Assembly: GCA_050309605.1 (NCBI GenBank)
Contig: JBNRMN010000042.1
Coordinates: forward strand, 1-14,184
DNA length: 14,184 nt
Direction of reading: 5' to 3'
DNA from: Anaerohalosphaeraceae bacterium
GTDB taxonomy: Bacteria; Planctomycetota; Phycisphaerae; Sedimentisphaerales; Anaerohalosphaeraceae
Below are positions 1-7,131 of this stretch, one piece after another (positions within the stretch are counted from its first letter, which is position 1; the number at the start of each line of letters is the position of its first letter). The notes under the pieces were generated by a model. That model had not been told where the DNA came from and made no database searches. It worked only from the letters and a program-made list of their open reading frames with translations. The position numbers and the translations under genes were made by a program.

Positions 1-390
1 TGCGGCAATGTGCCGGGAAGTCATTGCAAGGCAAATCCTCGCCGAACGAAGGGGAATGTCTATACTGTCGCGGCGTACCGCCGGGCCATTGAGCGCGGCA
101 TCGAAGCGGCCTTCCCGCCGCCGGAACATCTGGCCCAGCAGCCCGGCGAAAGCAAGGCAACGTGGCAACAGCGCCTGACCAACAAACAGAAAGCAGAACT
201 CAAGTCGTGGTACAAACAGTTCCACTGGCATCCGCACCAGCTGCGCCACAACGCCGCGACGTTCCTGCGTAAAGAGTTTGGGCTGGAAACCGCACGAATT
301 ATATTGGGCCACCGCTCCGCCGCCATTACCGAGGTCTATGCAGAACTGGATCAGCAAAAGGCGCTGGCCGCGATTGAGCGAGTGGGGTGA
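1..390 (+). CDS. Tyrosine recombinase/integrase, C-terminal part (5' end outside window)
   Basis: Frame is open from base 1. Catalytic motifs HPHQLRH (HxxR), LGH and the terminal Tyr in ITEVYAE. The tail FGLETARIILGHRSAAITEVYAE resembles planctomycete-type integrases. Confidence 0.93.
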   Translation, partial: CGNVPGSHCKANPRRTKGNVYTVAAYRRAIERGIEAAFPPPEHLAQQPGESKATWQQRLTNKQKAELKSWYKQFHWHPHQLRHNAATFLRKEFGLETARIILGHRSAAITEVYAELDQQKALAAIERVG

Positions 391-459
391 TGCAACTTGT
401 AGGAAAAAATGTTCGGCAAATTCCCGATGGTCTGTTTCGTATATATACGGGCATAACGA

Positions 460-969
460 TCAGGTATCCTTATCTTCAAATGTTTCAATCTGCATTTTTG
501 GAAATGCACGCCTGGGGTGGTCATAATTCAGATATGACATTGGCGCTTTGTTGATTTTTTCGGCAGCCTCGAACGGTGAAACCTGTCCTTCGATCAGATG
601 CCACTTGGCCATCCGTACCAGGTCATTCATAGAACCCAGCACACGGCGGTCGGACAGCTTGACAAACACTGTGTCTGTGGCATTGGGCGCAATGAGCCGG
701 CGAAACTGAAATTCGTATCCATCGTAACACATAAAGTCCGCCATTCCGCTCATCGCATGATTAATAAAACTGACATCATCGGTAATGCCTCGTCCATGCA
801 GAATAACCGAGTACAGAGACGTTGAATTGGTGATGATGATATACTGTGCCCGCTGGGCAGTGAACAGATGTACCGACCAGTCGATATAAGGATTGGAATA
901 CACTGGACAGGAATGTGTTGGCGACTCCTTAATCTTTTTGGCCATTTTCTGTGTCAGACGATAGAACAT
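460..969 (-). CDS. DUF6933-like hypothetical protein
   Basis: N-terminus MFYRLTQKMAKKIK...DWSVHLF...QYIIITNSTSLYSVIL and later DRRVLGSMND and INKAPM match the DUF6933 pattern as I recall it. ATG at 969 has AAGGA 6 nt upstream, so it is preferred over TTG at 975. Confidence 0.75.
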   Translation of the reverse strand: MFYRLTQKMAKKIKESPTHSCPVYSNPYIDWSVHLFTAQRAQYIIITNSTSLYSVILHGRGITDDVSFINHAMSGMADFMCYDGYEFQFRRLIAPNATDTVFVKLSDRRVLGSMNDLVRMAKWHLIEGQVSPFEAAEKINKAPMSYLNYDHPRRAFPKMQIETFEDKDT

Positions 970-979
970 TTTCAATCCT

Positions 980-1087
980 TTACACTTTGCTGGGGGAATC
1001 CGGCGAGCCGTGGAGACGGGCGACGAGGGTGTCGATTGGGTGTTCCCATGGGTGGCGGTTTTGAATTTCGGTGTCGATTTTGGTCAC
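980..1087 (-). pseudogene. 35-aa mini-ORF, probable remnant of a type IIG RM/methyltransferase C-terminal tail
   Basis: Hand translation from GTG 1087: MTKIDTEIQNRHPWEHPIDTLVARLHGSPDSPSKV*. WEHPIDTLVARLHG resembles the E(I)DxLVxxLYGL tail of Eco57I/TaqI-like RM proteins. The stop overlaps the RBS of the next gene. Confidence 0.4.
1020..1050 (+). repeat. 31-bp direct repeat, copy 1
   Basis: gcgacgagggtgtcgattgggtgttcccatg; 28/31 identical to 3193-3223. Confidence 0.9.
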
Positions 1088-1217
1088 TTGATACCTTCAT
1101 TGTCCTGTTACAAGGCGGCTGGGGGCGCGTCCTCCTTATTTCGGCCACATTTTTCGGAATCTATATATTATAACTCCTGTACACCTGTTAATTTTTGGCT
1201 TAAACTCAACTTTTGCC

Positions 1218-1247
1218 TTGAACCTGACGATATAAATATTTTAGTAT
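1218..1247 (+). promoter_or_regulatory. Putative sigma70-type promoter A
   Basis: TTGAAC (1218-1223), 18 nt, TAGTAT (1242-1247), followed by AAGTAT. The same arrangement recurs at 1445-1475. Confidence 0.4.
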
Positions 1248-1250
1248 AAG

Positions 1251-1330
1251 TATAGTAGTTCTCTGCCAGCGGCAGTAGAATCTATAAAGGCCACCGCAGA
1301 GCCAGCCTGGCGAATCTGCGGTTTTTTTAT
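1251..1330 (+). ncRNA. Candidate small RNA A (two hairpins plus U tail)
   Basis: Hairpin 1: tatag..ttct ctgcc agc ggcag t agaa t ctata (1251-1286). Hairpin 2: accgcaga..tctgcggt followed by a T run. No ORF; a promoter-like motif lies directly upstream. Confidence 0.4.
1293..1330 (+). terminator. Intrinsic terminator-like hairpin
   Basis: 8-bp stem accgcaga (1293-1300) / tctgcggt (1315-1322), inner gcca/tggc stem, T7 tract at 1322-1328. Confidence 0.65.
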
Positions 1331-1444
1331 GTCCACCAATGTCCATTTCCAATACAACCATTCAAGTAATTTACGTCTTTTTGACAAAAAAAGCCCGCCT
1401 TTTTGTCGCCACGATTAGTCTTGTTTTTTCTATGCATTTTTCAC

Positions 1445-1475
1445 TTGAACTTTTGATCCCGATATCCGATAGTAT
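1445..1475 (+). promoter_or_regulatory. Putative sigma70-type promoter B
   Basis: TTGAAC (1445-1450), 19 nt, TAGTAT (1470-1475), followed by CAGTAT. The spacer is long. Confidence 0.35.
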
Positions 1476-1480
1476 CAGTA

Positions 1481-1541
1481 TGGACTGGAAATATCCGGTC
1501 GGTAAAGGGTTTCTGGAAATATCCGGGAACCCTTTACTATT
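1481..1541 (+). ncRNA. Candidate DUF3800-associated structured RNA (small RNA B)
   Basis: Abuts the DUF3800 stop codon. Two hairpins share a 14-nt repeat ctggaaatatccgg (1485-1498, 1513-1526). Perfect 10-bp outer stem gtaaagggtt/aaccctttac (1502-1511/1528-1537). Mismatches become G-U pairs only on the + strand. Conserved RNA motifs next to DUF3800 genes are an established class (Rfam DUF3800 motifs). Confidence 0.6.
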
Positions 1542-2297
1542 TCAGGGGAACATTTTCAGTCCCCACCCTTTTACCTCGCCTGCCGGGCTTTTCCTCAGTT
1601 TCGATTCAATAATCTCGTAGGCCCGATTGGGTTGTTCAGGGCGAAGCGTTTTGATGCCGATCGGCCGGGCAATCAGGTCGGCAATTTGCAATCCGGCTGA
1701 ATTGGCTTTTTTATCAATCATCACGAGGTCATAAGGGAGCGGGCGATTCAGATAATTAACCCCGTCACACAGACGCCGAAAGCATAGTTCCAGTTCCTTG
1801 TCTTCTTTTTTGCCGCGTTTTTCCACAATGACAGGTGTTGTTCGTTCGGACTGCCCGATATCATTCAGATAACGATAGACCCGTTCAAGACCCAGACCAA
1901 GCGACAACTCATAAGGATTTGCCGGGTGGGCGTATCGGCTGGCCAGTTTATATTTGTCAATGACAATAGAAATGACCGTCAGTGTCGCACAGCCAATCAG
2001 CTTGTTTATGCCTGCGTGAAACGATTCTCGAACCTTTTGATCGAACAAGACCAAAAATTCATTTTTCGGCTTTCGGATATCGTGCTCGTGCAGTACCACC
2101 TCGTCATGTCCCCAAAACGCTGCTTTAAATCGCGCCAGGGAGGGCATCAGTTCATCGATGTATTCCTGCTTGGGAAATACACAAAAAACCAGCACAAAAA
2201 CCGGATAGTCCGGATTGATACTGGCCAACCCGTGATCCCCGCTCTCATCGACATACACGAGATAATCGCTGAATTGTTTCATATAATTTTCGGACAT
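1542..2297 (-). CDS. DUF3800 domain protein (RNase H-like fold, putative nuclease)
   Basis: N-terminal YVDESGD, central EKRGKKED, C-terminal GLQIADLIARPIG and terminal GWGLKMFP are characteristic DUF3800 motifs. Alternative start at 2282. Confidence 0.88.
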   Translation of the reverse strand: MSENYMKQFSDYLVYVDESGDHGLASINPDYPVFVLVFCVFPKQEYIDELMPSLARFKAAFWGHDEVVLHEHDIRKPKNEFLVLFDQKVRESFHAGINKLIGCATLTVISIVIDKYKLASRYAHPANPYELSLGLGLERVYRYLNDIGQSERTTPVIVEKRGKKEDKELELCFRRLCDGVNYLNRPLPYDLVMIDKKANSAGLQIADLIARPIGIKTLRPEQPNRAYEIIESKLRKSPAGEVKGWGLKMFP

Positions 2298-2352
2298 ATA
2301 ATGTGCATCCCATTTTATGATGCCGCTGGTTCATGTTCGCCTATTGATTTAA

Positions 2353-3150
2353 TCAAAATGGCACTTCTGCCTCTTTCATTATCACGGGGGTATCTAGTTC
2401 CGAACGGAAATTGACTTTATTATTCATGGCTTTGTTTGCCAGCATAATCATAAAATTTAACATATCGTGCTTGACTTTCAGGACTTCTTCTTCAGTAAAC
2501 TGTATTGTGTCATGCTCTTGAATATTTGCTTTCAGTGTCCGATTTTTTATCTCTACAAGTTGTGCAATTGCTTTCCTACTTACAGCGCATCCGCTGTGAA
2601 CAATGCAATGACGCATAGCCTGTGCCAATATGATGTTAGCCATCACAGCATTCCGGTCAAATGCCTCGAAATCGAGATACTTTTCAAAAGACCGTCGGGT
2701 GCTATTCATGTCTTGAAAGTTGATATCTTTTTTGTCCAAGAAGATATCAACAACCTTGTCCTCACAATATTGTTCGAGTGTAATTTTAATTTCTTCGTTC
2801 TTTAAGGATCCAAGATTATTTTGGGAAATTTTATCTGACAAAACCACTCTAAATACATCTTCCACTGCCGAACTGAAATAAGAAACGAGCAATACGATGC
2901 ACTGATTATACATCACTCGATAATGCGGCTGTAAAGAATCATTGTCGCGTATTTTTTCAATCTGCTGCACCAAACCGTCAATTCTGAAAGAGGGATGCTT
3001 TTCAATCTCGCGTCCCTGAAGGCCTTTTTGTGCTTTTTTCAGGGCACTAAGACATATTGCCTGCACAAGCTTATCAAAAGCCAACAGATCTTTTATGCGT
3101 TCAGTGTTGCCTTTAAAATTTGCCAGTATTCTTAGCAACTGTTCCTTCAT
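2353..3150 (-). CDS. HEPN-domain putative RNase (defence effector)
   Basis: R-x4-H motif RHCIVH, preceded by the helix NQCIVLLVSYFSSAVEDVF and FQDMNSTRRSF. Predominantly helical. AT-rich (17/60 GC at 2761-2820). Confidence 0.75.
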   Translation of the reverse strand: MKEQLLRILANFKGNTERIKDLLAFDKLVQAICLSALKKAQKGLQGREIEKHPSFRIDGLVQQIEKIRDNDSLQPHYRVMYNQCIVLLVSYFSSAVEDVFRVVLSDKISQNNLGSLKNEEIKITLEQYCEDKVVDIFLDKKDINFQDMNSTRRSFEKYLDFEAFDRNAVMANIILAQAMRHCIVHSGCAVSRKAIAQLVEIKNRTLKANIQEHDTIQFTEEEVLKVKHDMLNFMIMLANKAMNNKVNFRSELDTPVIMKEAEVPF

Positions 3151-3164
3151 TTTTGCTTACCTTA

Positions 3165-3275
3165 TCATTCTTCATCAAGACCGTAAAGTTTAGCGACGAG
3201 GGGGGCGATTGGGTGGTCCCATGCCTGGCAGTTGTGGCCGCGGGGCGAAATTATGAGGTCGAATTGACTTGTCAT
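3165..3275 (-). pseudogene. 36-aa mini-ORF, probable remnant of a type IIG RM/methyltransferase C-terminal tail
   Basis: Hand translation: MTSQFDLIISPRGHNCQAWDHPIAPLVAKLYGLDEE*. LVAKLYGLDEE strongly resembles the LVYxLYGLTEEE terminus of Eco57I/TaqI-like RM proteins. Confidence 0.5.
3193..3223 (+). repeat. 31-bp direct repeat, copy 2
   Basis: gcgacgaggggggcgattgggtggtcccatg; 28/31 identical to 1020-1050. Confidence 0.9.
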
Positions 3276-3276
3276 A

Positions 3277-3423
3277 TTATAGTTCCTCGAAAAGTTCAAC
3301 TCCCGGCACGATGATTATTTGTCCTTGCTGAATCGAATCTCTGAGCTTATTCACATAGACAGCAGCATTGGGAACGCGGCCGTCAAGGTCGGCAAAAACA
3401 TTTTGATCCAAATACACTTTCAT
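3277..3423 (-). pseudogene. Truncated PIN-like domain ORF (48 aa)
   Basis: Hand translation: MKVYLDQNVFADLDGRVPNAAVYVNKLRDSIQQGQIIIVPGVELFEEL*. VYLDQNV and IIVPGVELFEEL match the first strand (catalytic Asp) and the second acidic helix of PIN nucleases. The ORF stops well short of a full domain. Confidence 0.55.
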
Positions 3424-3439
3424 TGCACTATTGTTTCAA

Positions 3440-6400
3440 TTATTCCAGACTGCTCGCTTTGCTCAAGCGGGATTCGACAAGGTTGATGACCGCCTCATAG
3501 ACCGCTTCACGCTCACCTTGAGATAATCCGATTTCATCAAAAATAACATTGTCTATTGACTGTCGGTCTGGCATTCTTAACTCTGTACTTAAACATTCCT
3601 GCTTCCTCTTCGAGAGTAATTCTATTGGCTTCGCAATTGTTTCATCTGAACCAACAGCAACAACCACGCAGTCGGCAACTTCATAGACAGTCATATCCAA
3701 TAACCCCTCTCCAAGCCCTGTTCTTGAACCAAGTTCCATAAATAAAGTTGTCAAGGAAGAATTTAACGCGCAATGGAGCCAAGTGATATTCTTGTCAGGA
3801 TAAATTTCATATAATCGCTTATCCGCAAATACGCTGTTGTTTAGAAAGATGCGAAACAGCTCTGAGACACTTGAGGGACAAATCAATGGTGCAAACCTAC
3901 GTGTTCCAATATCCCACCATTTAGCCCTATTGCTACAAGAAGGTCTTAGATGAAAGCTCTGTCTTTCGCCCCATTTGATGTATTCGAGGGCGGCCGTGCC
4001 TTTTAGCTCTTCTTTGCTTTTGTGGCACATATAAATTTTGTATTTCAAGTCATCGGGATTGATTAAGATTGTTCTGCATTCGCGCGGGCTTTTGATTACC
4101 GGTTTTAGGAATTCCTCTTCGATGCCCCATTGGTTGTTTTTTTCTTGGTCGAGGTAGAAGAACTCATTGGCGCCGGTTTTGATACCAAAACGCACTTCGG
4201 CAATATCGCCGAGGCGGACGAGTTTGTCTTTTCCTTTTTCAAGGATTGTCCAATAGATGTCCGGCGCGCGGAGATACTTTCCGCCCCATTTGTTGCCGAG
4301 GTATTTCTTTTCGGTTTTGATCAGCGGGCCTTTTACCTTTTTGGCCGGTTTGGGATCTTCCTCATCGTCGTCATCGAGGCCGCAGCCCTCGGCCAGCAGG
4401 ATTTCCTGCCGGACGGGAAAGACGCGGAATTGTTCGGTTTTGGTGCGATGCTGGACGGTGTCGATCAGGGTAAAGACGACATCGTCCATCGCCTGTTCAA
4501 AGGGGACATAAAACATCACAAACCGTGCCATATGATTTAAGGCCGTCGGGGTCGGCTTGTCGGCGGGGGCGTTGAGCAGGACGATGGCGGTGTTGACATC
4601 GGCGGATTTGAACGACCGCATCGCCTTGTTGTCGATGATCATCCGCACGGAACAGCAGTTCAGCAGAAATTCCTGCAGGTTTTTGCCGTAGCCGACATCG
4701 AGCCAGCTGTTGGAGGTGATAAAGCAGAATGTGCCTTTGTCGTTGAGCAGCGAAAGCCCGTAGAAATAGAAATAGATATACAAGTCGCTTTTGGCATCCA
4801 GCGTGCGGGCGGCCTTGTCTTTGGCTTGGCTGTAGCCGAACCACTTATCCCATGTGCGGTAAATCAGCCGCTGGAGTTTGGCTTTGTAGGCCTTTTTGTT
4901 CTCGGCGGTGATTTGGTCGGGCCGCAAGCGCGGGTCGGCGATCTTTTCCTGCCGGACATAGGGCGGGTTGCCGATGACAATATCAAAGCCCTGTTTGTCG
5001 GTCTGGAAGATTTCGGCAAAAGAGATATCCCAGACAAAGGGGACGTTGGCCTTGTCCAGCGTTTTCTGTAAGGTTTGCAGTCGCGCCATTTCCTGCCGAA
5101 ACTCTTCTTTGCGGGCGGTCAGCGATTGTTCTTTAGCCTGAGTTATTTTGGCCTGTTTTTGCCGGTCGATGTCATCATCGGCAAACATCCCGGTGGTATC
5201 GGAAACTCGAGTTTGGCCGAGGGTTTTCAGTTTCTGCTCAACAGCGGCCAGACGATTTGCGGTCAAATCGGCAAACACACGCAGTTCCTGCTGCTGGAGC
5301 ATTTCTTTGGTCTTGTAGCGGGCAGTCGGGTCGTTGTTGTAGAACTTGGCTTTTTCAGATCGCAATTCTCTTAGTTTCCGTTTTATCGACTCCGGCCATT
5401 CGGAGACGCCTTTGCGATGAGCCATATCCAGCCCGCCGACTTCCTGAATCAGCGAATCGCCGCAGCGGATATGGAAGGTAAAGTTCGGCAGCAAGGGTTC
5501 GCGTCGAACGTGCAGTTCGGCGGGGGTAAAGTCGGCGTCGATGACCAGCGCCAGCCACAGCCGCAGCTCGGCCACATGGCAGGCCCAGTCTTTGATATCC
5601 ACGCCGTAGAGGCTGCGGCCGATGATCTCTTTGCGTCGGTCGTAAAGAGAGCGGGATTTGCCCTGCTGTTTGTCCAGCCGGTCAAACAGGTCGTCCAGTA
5701 CCAGCAGCATCCCGACCAGAAACGCCCCGGAGCCGCAGGCCGGGTCAACCACCGTCAAGCTTTCAAGAGCGGTGCGGAGCGGTTCGAGAAGCTGCTTTTC
5801 GACAATGCCTTTTTCGGCGATACGCTGTTTGTCCGACGAGAACGCCAGCAGCCACTTGTAGAAGAGTTCGCGATGCTGGGAGCCAAGGCGATTGCTCAGA
5901 TAATTAACAACCGACAGACGGCACATCATATCGACTTCGACACGCGGGGTGTAAAAGATACCCGCATCGCCGCGAAGATCTTCAGCTTCGGCGATGTTGA
6001 CCAGAGTTTCATATACCATGCCCAGCATTTCGGCATCGACGGCGACTTCAATTTCCAGCGGGGTCGATTCGCTGACGGTGAAGTTGTAACGGTCGAGTAA
6101 GTCGAGAACCTGGCGGAAACGAGCGTCGGAGACGGTAAAGTCAAAATCGGGGCTGTCCAGATCATTTTCCTTAAACAATCCGCCGTTGAGGTAGGGCGCT
6201 ATCGACAGGGTGTGATGAATCGCCTCTGGCATATACGAGCGGGGAACGGTGTAGTTGTTGTTAAACGCTTCAAAGAACAGCACTTTGAGCCATTTTTCGA
6301 AAAAGGTGTCAGCCGGCTGGCCGGATTGCTCGTAGGCCGTCCAGAAATTTTTCATAAATTCGCAGTCATCACCCAGCCACTTTTTCTGCTGAATGAAGTA

Positions 6401-7129
6401 CAAAAACATACAGCGGTTAAGAAATTGCAGGGCGTAGTCGTGCGCCCAAGCGGCCTTTTGCGTCTGTTTGGCAAGGTCTTTCTGAAAGATGTCAAAGACG
6501 GCCTTGTATTCGTTAAAGAATTTTTCCGTCAGCCGCTGTTTGTCAAACGCCTGCCGCCATTTGTTGTAATCGGTCTTGTCAGCATCCCATTCGAGATAGG
6601 GCAGGTTGTGGGTGCAGAGGGTGCGGATGTCGGTATCGCCGTGGTTCCAGCCGAACAGGGCCAAGGGGGCGGTTTTTTCGGTCTCTTTTGGTGCTTTGAA
6701 GTAGGCAAAGCGAAAATGGCGATAGCGTCGGTCGGTGCAGATAAACAGCAGGTTTTCGCGATCCCAGGCGGGCAGGTCGGCGCGTCCGCCGCGTCGCTTC
6801 TGGACGACGCCGCGGAGCACTTTGCGCAGGGGGCCGGTCAGGCCGCGATTTTTCAGGAAGACGTCGTCGTTGACAAATTCGAGCAGAAAAATGCCCCACG
6901 GCTGATCGTCTGTCAGATTGCGGATTTGATAGACGCGGCCATCGACAAGGCGTTCATCCAGCCCATCGGCCCGCAAGTCCTCGCCGGACCATTCGAAGCT
7001 GATCTCGTCGATGTCGTCGATGCCGTCGGGGATCGGCCAGCCGAGGGCACCGGTCAGGAGGTGGTGAACAAAACTGTGCTGGTCGTGTACCGATTGAATC
7101 GCGTTGTAAATTTGCTCCGGTGTCGCCAT
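3440..7129 (-). CDS. Large N6-adenine DNA methyltransferase with C-terminal target recognition domain (Eco57I/type IIG-like, gamma class)
   Basis: Motif X GIFYTPR, motif I VVDPACGSGAFL, YGVDI, motif IV GFDIVIGNPPYVRQE, DLYIYF and FITSNSWLDVGYG. Start is ATG 7129 or TTG 7135, coupled to the helicase stop. Confidence 0.93.
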   Translation of the reverse strand: MATPEQIYNAIQSVHDQHSFVHHLLTGALGWPIPDGIDDIDEISFEWSGEDLRADGLDERLVDGRVYQIRNLTDDQPWGIFLLEFVNDDVFLKNRGLTGPLRKVLRGVVQKRRGGRADLPAWDRENLLFICTDRRYRHFRFAYFKAPKETEKTAPLALFGWNHGDTDIRTLCTHNLPYLEWDADKTDYNKWRQAFDKQRLTEKFFNEYKAVFDIFQKDLAKQTQKAAWAHDYALQFLNRCMFLYFIQQKKWLGDDCEFMKNFWTAYEQSGQPADTFFEKWLKVLFFEAFNNNYTVPRSYMPEAIHHTLSIAPYLNGGLFKENDLDSPDFDFTVSDARFRQVLDLLDRYNFTVSESTPLEIEVAVDAEMLGMVYETLVNIAEAEDLRGDAGIFYTPRVEVDMMCRLSVVNYLSNRLGSQHRELFYKWLLAFSSDKQRIAEKGIVEKQLLEPLRTALESLTVVDPACGSGAFLVGMLLVLDDLFDRLDKQQGKSRSLYDRRKEIIGRSLYGVDIKDWACHVAELRLWLALVIDADFTPAELHVRREPLLPNFTFHIRCGDSLIQEVGGLDMAHRKGVSEWPESIKRKLRELRSEKAKFYNNDPTARYKTKEMLQQQELRVFADLTANRLAAVEQKLKTLGQTRVSDTTGMFADDDIDRQKQAKITQAKEQSLTARKEEFRQEMARLQTLQKTLDKANVPFVWDISFAEIFQTDKQGFDIVIGNPPYVRQEKIADPRLRPDQITAENKKAYKAKLQRLIYRTWDKWFGYSQAKDKAARTLDAKSDLYIYFYFYGLSLLNDKGTFCFITSNSWLDVGYGKNLQEFLLNCCSVRMIIDNKAMRSFKSADVNTAIVLLNAPADKPTPTALNHMARFVMFYVPFEQAMDDVVFTLIDTVQHRTKTEQFRVFPVRQEILLAEGCGLDDDDEEDPKPAKKVKGPLIKTEKKYLGNKWGGKYLRAPDIYWTILEKGKDKLVRLGDIAEVRFGIKTGANEFFYLDQEKNNQWGIEEEFLKPVIKSPRECRTILINPDDLKYKIYMCHKSKEELKGTAALEYIKWGERQSFHLRPSCSNRAKWWDIGTRRFAPLICPSSVSELFRIFLNNSVFADKRLYEIYPDKNITWLHCALNSSLTTLFMELGSRTGLGEGLLDMTVYEVADCVVVAVGSDETIAKPIELLSKRKQECLSTELRMPDRQSIDNVIFDEIGLSQGEREAVYEAVINLVESRLSKASSLE

Positions 7130-7131
7130 TG

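Noticed and set aside
1381..1407. TTGACA and a gacaaaaa/tttttgtc inverted repeat
   Set aside because: No -10 at a suitable spacing and the stem is almost all A-T; too weak to call a promoter or terminator.
1485..1526. 14-nt repeat considered as a mini CRISPR array
   Set aside because: Only two copies, a 14-nt spacer and no cas genes; better explained as twin RNA hairpins.
868..1620. + strand ORFs 868-1173, 1010-1249 and 1339-1620 (and similarly 3120-3314)
   Set aside because: No RBS or motifs. The shared GDEGxDWVxP peptide is simply the antisense reading of the 31-bp repeat, whose minus-strand frame is the meaningful one.
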